From the NCBI GenBank assembly GCA_951406725.2, contig OX597819.1, positions 37,696,001-37,760,000 of the forward strand: a stretch of 64,000 bases of DNA. Direction: 5' to 3'. Below, one piece after another: positions 53,386-64,000 of this stretch. The stretch comes from Octopus vulgaris. Its lineage: Eukaryota. How positions within the stretch are numbered: the first letter of the stretch is position 1; each line of letters starts with the position of its first letter. Under the pieces are notes generated by a model, which searched no databases, had not been told where the DNA came from, and worked only from the letters and a program-made list of their open reading frames with translations. The translations under genes and the position numbers were made by a program.

Positions 53386-54246
53386 AAAAACTAATCAAGA
53401 TAGTGTTCAAGATTGAAATCAATTAGCTCCAAGTCTGATGTACTTTTGAAAGAAATAATTTTGCCTAGTCCTAATTACTGTCCTACATTTAATCACATAT
53501 TTATTGTGTTTATATTGCAAATTGTGAACAATTATGTTTCCAATGGGCTGATCATTAGGTCACTGTATTTCCAGTGGCAAAAGTAATATAGGAGTGTCTG
53601 TAACTTAATATGTGTATCAAGGAATATTGTTCCTGGAGCTATGTTTGTTTGTTTGTTTGCTTTATATTTTTTTTTGGTTTCCTTGATAGTGTTTATATAT
53701 TAGCAAAAGCTATGCACATACATGTTTCATCATCATCATCATCAGCATCACCATCATCATCATTTTACATCTGTCTTTCATGCTAGTTTAGGTCGGATGG
53801 TTTAACAAGCTCCAATGAGCCAGAGGGCTGCGTTAACCTCCAATGTTTACTTTGGCATGGTTTCAGTTGCTGGTTGCCCTTCCTAATGCTAACACTTTAC
53901 AGAGAACACTGGGTGAACTTTTCTGTGGTACTAGCACTGATGAATTCACCAAGTAACTAGTAAAACAAGGTCCCTTGACTGAATGGTGTATAGTAGAAAG
54001 GGAGGTAGCTTTATGTCAAGTGTTGAGAGGCTAAAGTATGATAGGCTGACTGGAACTGGTGTCTCGTTGGATAGAAGATACATGGCTTTCCCAGCTTGAA
54101 AGAGAGAAAATATATCATTGTCACAAGGTGTCACAGCATACTCTCAAGGTACAAGAAAGTGAATATAAGAAAGAAAACAGATAGGGTAGATGGGTGAGTT
54201 CAAGTGAGTGTGAAAAGAGATTGACAAGTAGTTATATATATATATA

Positions 54247-54450
54247 TATCTGTAAAATAATATGTGACAATTATTCAATAGCCAAGATAAAACTTTCGGA
54301 TGCCGAGGTGGAAATCCACAACACCGTCTCTTCGGCATCCGAAACTCAGGCTATTGAATAATTGTCACATATTATTTTACAGATAAATTTCCTCTTTTTA
54401 CATAATATTGAGGTTTCTTTCTTTCTTTTGTTATCTTACCGTTTTTACCA
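54247..54450 (+). repeat. Fold-back element in (TA)n
   Basis: Arms 54247-54283 and 54349-54385; inner stem 54294-54306 / 54332-54344; unpaired tail. Confidence 0.85.
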
Positions 54451-54536
54451 ATATATATATATATAAATATTAGAAGTTTTACCAATATATATATATATAT
54501 TATAAGTAGTTGAGGCAATATATATATATATATATA

Positions 54537-54808
54537 TTATAAGTAGTTGAGGCTATTTCCGGTCACAGAGTGACCAATAATTTCACATCCAAAAAGGGCT
54601 TAGCCCCATGAATGTCTTATCAGACTCTAAAGTCGAAGAGAAAAAGTCTTTGGCTTTAAAGTCTGATGAGATGTTCACAGGGCATAGCTCTTTGTAGATG
54701 CGAAGCCATTGGTCACTCTATGACTGGACATAGACTCAACTACTTATAAATACATTAATGCTCTGAGCTTTAGAGTGTGCTTCTTTTTCCAATATAAGAC
54801 ACATTGAC
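54537..54808 (+). mobile_element. Fold-back hammerhead element in (TA)n
   Basis: Diverged arms 54537-54640 and 54650-54749; agt CTGATGA..GAAG(A)cc att gGTC act at 54657-54720. Confidence 0.75.
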
Positions 54809-54851
54809 GATCTATCTATCTATCTATCTATCTATATATATATATATATAT

Positions 54852-55074
54852 AAAATTTAAAGGACTGACCATTAAAAGTGGACGGTCAATATGCTAGATA
54901 CAGACGTCAAAATAGCGATTTTGACGTCTATATCTAGCATATTGACCGTCCACTTTTAATGGTCAGTCCTTTAAATTTTGTAGGTAAAAAATATTTTAAT
55001 CTTCGGATTTTTTTAATATGCTAGGCCACTGGTTTTAATTGATTAATATCAACTTCTACCCTTATGCAATTTTA
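54852..55074 (+). repeat. Fold-back element in (TA)n
   Basis: 62-bp arms with one mismatch around a 4-nt loop (54852-54979), then unpaired tail. Confidence 0.9.
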
Positions 55075-55087
55075 TATATATATATAT

Positions 55088-55390
55088 GGAGGCGCAATGG
55101 CCCAGTGGTTAGGGCAACGGACTCGCGGTCGTAGGATCATGGCTTCAATTCCCAGACCGGGCGTTGTGAGTGTCTAAAGAGCAAAAACACCTAAAGCTCT
55201 ACGAGGCTCCAGCAGGGGGTGGTGGTGATCCCTGCTGTACTCTTTCGCCACAACTTTCTCTCACTCTTTCTTCTGTTGGCCTGCTCACTTAGCCAGCAGG
55301 GTGGCGTCATTTGAAGGCTAAAACAATGCGAAGCGCATTGTGACCAGCGATGTGTAGCAACATCTGATAGCCTGGTCGGTCATGGTGATG
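55088..55390 (+). mobile_element. SINE family D
   Basis: Matches 38013-38309. Confidence 0.88.
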
Positions 55391-55902
55391 ATATATATAT
55401 ATATACACACACACACACATACCACCTTGCCTACCTTAGGCACTCTACTCTTGATGGAGATGTAGTATGCTATAGTAGCAAATGAAAAATGTCTTGGACA
55501 TTGTAAATCTGATGGAGTCAATCTCACTTCAGACCTGACCACAAACAATTTCTTCCAGAAAAAAAAAGAAAGGGAGGAGAGAAAAGAATAAATCCCAATA
55601 CTGGACAGGTACATTATCAACCTGATAGAATGGAAGATAAAGATAACTGTTGTAGGATTTGAACTTGGAATGCTGTGAGTTTCAATGAACACTACCAGGC
55701 ATTCTATCCAGCATTATAACAACTCTGCCAATTTGCTGCATTAAATACATCTATGTGTGAGTATGTATGCATACACATGCATATACATGTATGAATGAAT
55801 AAAAATTCTGTCATATCTTCAGGATGTTCTTTTGGACTTACACCATATTAGTTTTGTTAGCGCAGTGGTGTTTCATAAGCAGTCTCTTTGTTTTCTTTTT
55901 AC

Positions 55903-56241
55903 ACCAGTGCCGGAGCTGTGATACCAGTGCTGGTGGCACGTAAGCGAACCATCTGATCATGGCAATTGCCAGCACCGCCCCGACTGGCCTCCGTGCCGGT
56001 GGCACGTAAAAAGCACCATCCGACCGTGGCTGTTTGCCAGCCCTGTCTGGCACCTGTGCCGGTGGCACGTAAAAAGCACCCACTACTCTCATGGAGTGAT
56101 TGGCGTTAGGAAGGGCATCCAGCCGTAGAAACATTGCCAGATCAGACTGGGCCTGGTGCAGCCTTCTGGCTTCCCAGACCCCAGTTGAACCGTCCAACCC
56201 ATGCTAGCATGGAAAGTGGACGCTAAATGATGATGATGATG
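55903..56241 (+). mobile_element. RTE 3' tail copy with 3 units
   Basis: Matches 3127-3523. Confidence 0.85.
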
Positions 56242-56967
56242 ATTAGACTTGATGTCAACACTTTTCAATAACATTACTATTCATAGGACTCCACTATAGC
56301 AGAGAGTTTGCACTCAAAATGCAAATGATACCACAGCTGATATATTGTCTATTGCATTAAAATTTTGTCATTTCAATGTTCTTGTCAGATAAAATTTTTT
56401 TTCTCAGAAATATATTTGGTTGTGTGGTTGAGAAGTTTGCTTCCCAATCATGAGGCCTCAGGTTCAGTCCCACAGTGCAACATCTTGGACAAGTGTCTCC
56501 TACTCTAGCTCTGGGCCAACCAATGCTTTGCGAATGGATTTGGTAGACAGAATCTGAAAGTATGTTACACAGACACACACACGCGCACACGCATGTATAA
56601 ATATCATCATCATTGTCCTAGTTTAACATCTGTACTCCAAGTTGGAATGGGTTGGACTGAGGACTGGCAAGCCAGGAGGTTGCATCAGGCCCCAATCTGG
56701 TTTGGCAAGGTTTCTACACTTGGATACCCTTCCTAATGCCAATCACACCAAGAGTGTAGTGGGTGCTTTTTATGTGCCACTGGCACAGATGCTAGTCTGG
56801 TGCCACTGGCATGGGTGCCAGTCAGTCAGCACTGGCATCAGCCACACTCAAATGGTGCTTCACCACCTCATCCCATGTCTTCCTGGGTCTACCTCTTCCA
56901 CAGGTTCCCTCCACTTTCAAAGTGTGACACTTCTTCACACAGCTGTCCTCATCCATATATATATATA

Positions 56968-57262
56968 TCACGTGATCACGTGATCGACCAGACCATCAGA
57001 TGTTGTTACACATCGCTGGTCACAATGCGTTCGAATTGTTTTTTAGCCTTCGGATGACGCTACCCCGCTGGCTAAGCGAGCAGGCCAACAGAAGAAAGAG
57101 TGGTGAAAGAGTACAGCAGGGATCACCACCTCCTGCCGGAGCCTCGTGGAGCTTTTAGGTGTTTTTGCTCAATAAACACTCACAACGCCCAGTCTGGGAA
57201 TCGAAACCGTGATCCTATGACCGCGAGTCCGCTGCCCTAACCACTGGGCCATTGCACCTCCA
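56968..57262 (-). mobile_element. SINE family D
   Basis: Reverse complement of 38013-38309. Confidence 0.88.
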
Positions 57263-57283
57263 CACACACACACACACACATAC

Positions 57284-57314
<31 letters not shown>

Positions 57315-57818
57315 CATACATGAAATCGCTGTCTTCCACACATACAGGTCAGTCCTTTCAGATGCTGGTGTCTCTGAGAAAGCACTTATGCCAGTGCTGC
57401 ATTAACACACCTGTGCTGATGCTGCATAGCCACACCTGTGATGGTGACTCATAAAATGCACCCAGTACACTCTGTTAAGTGGTTAACATTAGGAAGGGTA
57501 TCCAGCCATAGAAACCATGCCACAACAGACAGTTGGAATGGACAGCTCCCAGCTAACCAACCAGCTCTATGTCAAACTGTTAAAGCATACCAGCATGGAG
57601 ACTGGACGTTAAACGATGATGATGGCATATATATGTATGTATATATGTAGGTGTTCTTTGTTTCCAATCTTCTGTGAAAGCATGTCTGACAGTGGGGAAA
57701 TATTACTTTGCTTGGAAACAGATGTGGATAGGCAACAAGAAAGGCATCTGGCCATAAAGAATCTGCCTCAACAATTCCATCTGACCCAAGCAAACATGGA
57801 AAAGTAGATGTTAAATGG

Positions 57819-57873
<55 letters not shown>

Positions 57874-58619
57874 GGTACTTGTGTTCACAAAAATCAATGG
57901 CATGACTCATGCATTGAAGAAAACAGTGAAAACATATCTACATGAATTAAAGTTAATTTTGCATTTCACATGTAATGCAACCAGGTAATATGGTGGAGGT
58001 AAGAGATAGGAAAATAACATGTATTTGCAACCTTGTAGAAACAGATATACAGCAATTGACTTATCTTTTATTCAAGGCAATAGAAAATTTTCTTTTCTGC
58101 AGTATTGGTCTAATCTGGGTTTTTGGGTTATTGTGTTGAAAAAGAAGCAAAGAGGAGGTTTGTAAAAAGAGGAGAATCAACAAGCATTCTGTTTATTATA
58201 GACAAAATGGCTGAAAGAAAACCCAGTTTTTGTTGATCTGAATACATCCAGTGAAAAACCAAAACTTCACCTGACTGCACACAGACCTTGAGATTGCTAT
58301 GCGTCCAAATCTGACAGTAGATAAAAAATAATTTGTTGTTCAATTGGTGCTCTAGTCTTAATTATGCTATCTCTATTATGCTAATAACTATGTATGACTA
58401 AACACTTTTTTTGCATTTTAATAAGTAGTCTTTTGTTACTTACACACAGCATTTTGAGAAGGAAACACAAGTGGTTCCTGATCAATTGTTAAGTAACAAG
58501 GAAATTGATTGGGTTGATCCTTATTCAAACCTGCTGTAATAGCTAGTCCCCACAAGGCCCAATTTCACAGTAAGGCTAAATACATACAAATAGCAGTGTA
58601 TATATTTATCAATAATATA

Positions 58620-59020
58620 TATTTCTTTACTACTCACAAGGGGCTAAACAAAGAGGGGACAAACAAGGACAGACAAACAGATTAAGTCGATTACATCGAC
58701 CTCAGTGCGTAACTGGTACTCAATTTATCAACCCCGAAAGGATGAAAGGCAAAGTTTACCTCGGTGGAATTTGAACTCAGAAAGTAACGGCAATAATATA
58801 TGCTAAAAGGTGGTGAGCTGGCTGAATCATTGGCATGCTGGGCAAAATTCTTAGTGACATTTCACATGTTTATGTTCTGGGTTCAAATGCCGCTGAGATC
58901 AGTTTGCTTTTCATCCTTCCAGAGTCAATAAAATAGGTACCAGTTGAGCACTGAGGTCAATTTAATCAATTTAATCCCACCCCTGAAATTGCAGGCCTCG
59001 TGTCAAAATTTGAAATCAAT
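58620..59020. mobile_element. Divergent pair of SINE family B copies
   Basis: 58620-58790 on minus strand; 58808-59020 on plus strand. Confidence 0.8.
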
Positions 59021-59793
59021 AATATATGCTGTATTAATACTTCAGTAACCATCTCTGTTATGACCATGAGATATAAATTTTTTAGCATTTAATATTCAGT
59101 TTGGAGATAGCTGGTAGATTTTAGGTTGAGATTTGACTATTAAGTTTAGCCTGCCAAGCCACTATTTCACATTGTGGTCACTACAAGAGGTTTCAATCAT
59201 AGACAAGCAGGTTAGTAATCAAATAAGAGATACAGGCTTCATGCACATGTGCATGCATAAACATATGATTTAATATAATATAATCTTTTACTATTTTATT
59301 ACTAACTAGGGCAGTGCATTGACAGTATTTAGAGACATACTCTTACATTCTGAGTTCAAATCCTGCTGAGGTCACCTTCACTTTTCATCTTTCTGGAGTT
59401 TGATACAGTAACAGTTTAAGTGCTGGGGACGGCAGGGAAGGGGGGGCTAAATACATTACACACCTTCCTCCAAATGTGAGATCTTGTGACTATGTGAGAC
59501 AGCAATATTTTAACCATTAAATAGAATACATGCTAAATTTTAAAGAATGAATATAACAGGAGGCAGAGGAGGAGGACATTGTTGTGGCAGAAAGGGATCA
59601 ATGTTGTCGTCATTGTCATCATCATCATCATCATCATCATTATCACCATTGTCGTCATCAAAAGTGGTGAGCTGGCAGAATCACTTGCACAGTAGACAAA
59701 ATGCCTAGCAGCCTTTGTCTATCTTTACATTCTGAGTAATTTATCCCAAAATTGCTGGCCTTGTGCCAAAACGTGGAACCATTATTATTATTA

Positions 59794-59824
<31 letters not shown>

Positions 59825-59844
59825 CTTTATTATTATTTTGCTTT

Positions 59845-60340
59845 GGCTTAAGTTTGCTCTTATTCTTGATAGGATTTATGTGGATAGCAGGTTACTACTT
59901 ATAGCCTTAGGTATCCACAAGTTTTCAGCAGCCTTTCAAGTGCTTAGAACCCTCCTGATAATTTTTGATGACCCCAAGAGACAAACTTTCTGTAGGAGCT
60001 CTACTGGACATTCTATTCCAATCTCCTTCAACTATTTGTTTATATCTTTGCTTACTGTCCCCCAACACACCATTTATTATAGGCATAGCCTTATTCTTAC
60101 TATTTCAAATTTTAAGGGATTGCATTATTTTCTTTTTGCTTTTCTTCCTCTTTCTTTACAATCTTGAAATCAAACAGGCATGATGGGGCAACTTCACTTT
60201 TCTTTATCTATAATTGTTATGTCCAGTCTGTTATTTTCTAACTTCTTGTCCATTTGAATAGGAAAGTCCCACAAAATCTAACATTTCTCCGACTACAGTA
60301 TTCTTCCGACTTGGCGAATGTACTGTTTCCAGCTTCAAAC
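59845..60340 (-). mobile_element. Dong/R4-type LINE 3' fragment (restriction-like endonuclease)
   Basis: ILWDFPIQMDKKLENNRLDI..LLQKVCLLGSSKIIRRVL; flanked by (TTA)n. Confidence 0.8.
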
Positions 60341-60372
<32 letters not shown>

Positions 60373-60373
<1 letters not shown>

Positions 60374-60975
60374 GGTGGTGAGCTGGCAGACTCCTTAGCA
60401 TACCGGACAAAATGTTTAGCAGCCTTTTGTTCATCTTCACATTCTAAGTTCAAATTCTGCTGAGGTCAATCTTACCTTTCATCCTTGTACCTTTTGTAGA
60501 AAGGATTATTATTATTATTATTATTATTATTATTTTTAAGACAGCAAGCTCGCAGAACTGTTAGCATGCCAGACAAGATACTTAAGGACATTTTATCCGT
60601 TGCTATGTTCTGAGTTCAAATTCTGCTGAGGTTGACTTTGCCTGTCATCCTTATCAGGGTGGATAAGATAAGTACTAGTTTTGCACTGGGATCAATGGTA
60701 ATCAACTAGTCCCCTCCCACAAAATTTCAGGCTTTGTGCCTTTAGTAGAAAGGATTATTATTATTATTGTTGTTGTTTTTAGAGGAGTGATGGAATTATC
60801 AGAGCAATGGAAAAAATGCATTGCAATATTTGTTCTAGCTCCATGTTTTGAACTCAAATCCCACCAATGTCAACTTCACCTTTAATTTTTTCAAGGTTGA
60901 TAAAATAAAGTACCATCAAGTACTGGGGGATCAATAATACCAACTTAGCCCCTTCCCTCAAAACTGTTGGCCTTA
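60373..60975 (+). mobile_element. Tandem SINE family B copies joined by (TTA)n
   Basis: Heads at about 60373, 60540 and 60782; tails tagaaaggattatt. Confidence 0.8.
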
Positions 60976-61444
60976 TTTAATTATTATGTGTTTTGAAAGA
61001 CTTGAAAGTGCATATTCTCAGAAAATATTTTGAATCTGTTACACTTTCAGTACTCAAAATGCATGAAGAGAAATATGTTTGCACGTTATTAACATCATGC
61101 TCTGGAGGAATGAATAAAATGTCAGGAGAATTTCATCATATTTACACAAAATTGTTTGATTAAATATTCTTCTTTTGCATTTTCTTTTTATTTTCCATTT
61201 CTTTCTGTCTCTTTTTGCCAGTTGCAAACTTGAAAATTGAAGACTGGTGGTATCATTCCATCAACATGGAGATGCTGGTTGCCCTCATTCATACTTTGGA
61301 TTTGAATCTCTATAATTTTGAATTTTTATGTATCACTTTTCATAGCTGTCAAAATATTTATTGCAATTGCATCACACTCTTTGTATTGTCTATTTACCTT
61401 TGTGAAGAGATATGTCAATCCTTTTAAAATATTAAATAGAAAGG

Positions 61445-61480
<36 letters not shown>

Positions 61481-61481
<1 letters not shown>

Positions 61482-61780
61482 GAGTGCCGTATCATGTGAA
61501 ATTGGTTGAACGATATTTTGGCATCTAGCATGCCTTCCACAGGTTCAAATATTACATGTTGGTCTACTTCATTTTTGTTAAGACTATATAAGACCGAGGT
61601 AACTCATCGGTCCTATATAGTTTTAACAAAAATGAAGTAGACTGACAGGTAATATTTGAACCTGTGGAAGGCATGCTAGATGCCGAAATATCGTTCAACC
61701 AATTTTACATGATATGGCACTCTTCTATTTATTTGTGTATAACTTCTGGATGAGTTACCTCGGTCCTATATAGTCTTAAC
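61481..61780 (+). mobile_element. Fold-back hammerhead element with 153-nt permuted unit
   Basis: Arms 61481-61597 and 61607-61723; HHR ttgaac CTGTGGA a ggcat gctag atgcc GAAAT ATC gttcaa (61656-61698); unit start recurs at 61760. Confidence 0.8.
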
Positions 61781-61799
61781 TATTATTATATGGACCAAT

Positions 61800-62099
61800 T
61801 CTGAGGTTTCGCCTGTAATTGAAAAAGGTATTATAAAAGAGAAAGGGGCTCTCTACCCCCCCTTTTGACCAGGCTCCCGTGGCTTTTATGGGTTTTTCCA
61901 CGTGAGACCTTTTCTTTTTTTGAAGCGTCTCCTCCATTGGGAGTCTTGTAAATTGTTGAATTTTTTCGGTGTTGTAAAGCTTGTTTACACGGACTTTTTT
62001 CTTTCGAAAAACAGACAAAACCTTTTGTAACCTTTCGTCCTGTTTTGTCCCTTTATGTTTTCCAATCATATTTGTCAGCCCTTGTGGCCAATAAAAATA

Positions 62100-62100
<1 letters not shown>
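61800..62100 (+). mobile_element. LINE-like 3' UTR sharing its tail with SINE family B
   Basis: gtcctgttttgtccctttatgttt..agcccttgtggccaataaa resembles 21920-21970; clade not determined. Confidence 0.45.
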
Positions 62101-62136
<36 letters not shown>

Positions 62137-62854
62137 GAGTGAGAGAGCAACTACATGCTGAGGAAAAAATGTATGAAGCCTGATATACCAATCATACTCG
62201 TCTGATAAAGGTACACCAGGTACATGCATCACAAACATATGTGCACAATATGGTAACATCATATCAAGACAAACAGTGCATGACGTTGCAGGTGTGGCTC
62301 CATTAGAATTTTTTTCAGATCAAGTAGCCCATCCCACTCAAAATGTCCCTGAATAAGTGTTGTTTAAGGATGATGAGCAAGACATCCATGTTTCCAAGGG
62401 TGGATTATTCAAATACCAAAGAATCCCTCTCAACACATGGTTATGATGCTCCCACACCACACCTGCTTATGATCGGAGATGCACATATCATCAGCCATTA
62501 AATGGCATGCTCAACAGGTTAAGGTCAAACAACTGACAAGCAAATCTGTGGTATTTAACAGAATATTTGCTGTAGCCCATCTTTTACACCAAGTCAAAAC
62601 ATGTTTACACTTCCAATCAATTAAAATCAGAAGCCATAAGATTATTATAATTATTTATTAATATTATTGATTGTCTTTGCACAGCTTCTAATGCTGGAGA
62701 TGTACTTCGGTGTCAGCTGTTCACTACCAGTGAACTAAGGTAACACCCCTTATTTTTCATGCACCATCAGGAGTGCTGTTTTCTGAAAATGCTCCACCCT
62801 TATTGCAGCCCCTATTTGTTTCATGGATTATTATCATTATTATTATTATTATTA

Positions 62855-62889
<35 letters not shown>

Positions 62890-63360
62890 TATATTATTAT
62901 TATTATTTTATGTTTGACTTTTGCTTTACATTTATACAAGTTGGCTCCAAGTCTCACCCAGAGACCTCAAGAGACAAGTAGGAAGTTCATGTTGGTATTA
63001 TGCCTAGGGTGCCATATATTTGGTTTTGTATATAGTGTTGTTATAGAGAATGTTTAAGAAACCATAAGAAAATTATGTTTGTTTTAAAACTTGAGATTAC
63101 ATAGAAAGTATTTTGTGTAAGATATGAGCAGTTCCCATGAGCACTATCTTTTGAATTTCTGCTTTTTTGGGGTTTCCTGGTATCTGAGCTAGGTAGCAAT
63201 CAGCCCCTTTTGTTATTATTCCCAGGGCACCTATGACAATAGGTATTGTTTTAGTCTTCAGGTTCCACATTGTGCTAATTTCTATTTCAAGATCTTTATA
63301 TTTGCTCAGTTTTTGGTAGGTCTTGACAGATACGTTTATATTGATTGGGACAGTCGTCAT
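62890..63360 (-). mobile_element. Dong/R4-type LINE 3' end in a (TAA)n tract
   Basis: KLSKYKDLEIEISTMWNLKTKTIPIVIGALG..IQKIVLMGTAHIL (ORF 63097-63465). Confidence 0.88.
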
Positions 63361-63384
63361 TATTATTATTATTATTATTATTAA

Positions 63385-64000
63385 GGGCAGTGAGTTGGCA
63401 GAATTGTTACTGCACCAAGCAAAATGCTTAGCAGCATTTTGTCTGTCTTTACATCCTATGTTCAAATGCTACCAAAGTTGAATTTGCCTTTCATCCTTTC
63501 AGAGTTGATAAAATAAGTACCAGTTGAACACTGGGGTCAATGTAATTGACGTGCCCCCTCCCCCCAAATTGTTAGCCTTGTGCTTTAGTAGAAAAAATTA
63601 TTATTATTATTATGATTATTATTATTATTATCATTATTATTATTTTGACAAAATTGTTAGAGTGTAAAACAAATTGTTTTGTGGTATTTCCTCGAGCCTT
63701 TTATGTTCAGAGTTCAAATCTCATCTAAGTCAACTTTGTCTTTTATCCCTCCAGGGTCAATAAAATAAAGTACCAGTAAACTAATGGTATTAATGTAATT
63801 TACTAGATCCTGCTTCAACACTGTTGGCCTTTGGCAGAATCATTAGAGAACTGGGGAAAAATGATTTGAGGTATTTGTTCTGATTCAGTACATTTTGAGT
63901 TCAAATCCAGGCTAAGTCAACATTGTCTTTCATTCTTTTGGTGGCGGGGATTGATAAAATATATCACTTGTCAAATAATGGGGTTGATATAGTCGACTTG
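63385..64000 (+). mobile_element. Tandem SINE family B copies
   Basis: Heads at about 63385, 63645 and 63830. Confidence 0.8.

Overview
AT-rich, microsatellite-dense animal genomic DNA. The SINE, RTE and Dong repeat inventory suggests a coleoid cephalopod, most likely Octopus (inference). No intact host protein-coding gene is visible, and most ORFs in the track are microsatellite or repeat artefacts. The window is a mosaic of decayed transposons: RTE LINEs with a modular 3' UTR, CR1, Tx1-like and Dong/R4 fragments, a Penelope-like (PLE) fragment, mariner, pogo/Tc2, hAT, piggyBac-, Merlin- and Helitron-type elements, and at least four tRNA-derived SINE families. The most striking signal is a set of short, mutually unrelated fold-back (palindromic) elements sitting mostly in (TA)n or (TTA)n tracts, most carrying type-I hammerhead ribozyme (HHR) motifs. 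One combines a tRNA-like Pol III head with an HHR tail, is arranged head-to-head, and is inserted inside another hammerhead (26591-27120). Another shows a 153-nt circularly permuted unit (61481-61780). Coordinates were read by eye and boundaries of degenerate repeats are approximate. SINE family letters (A, B, D, E) are my own labels.
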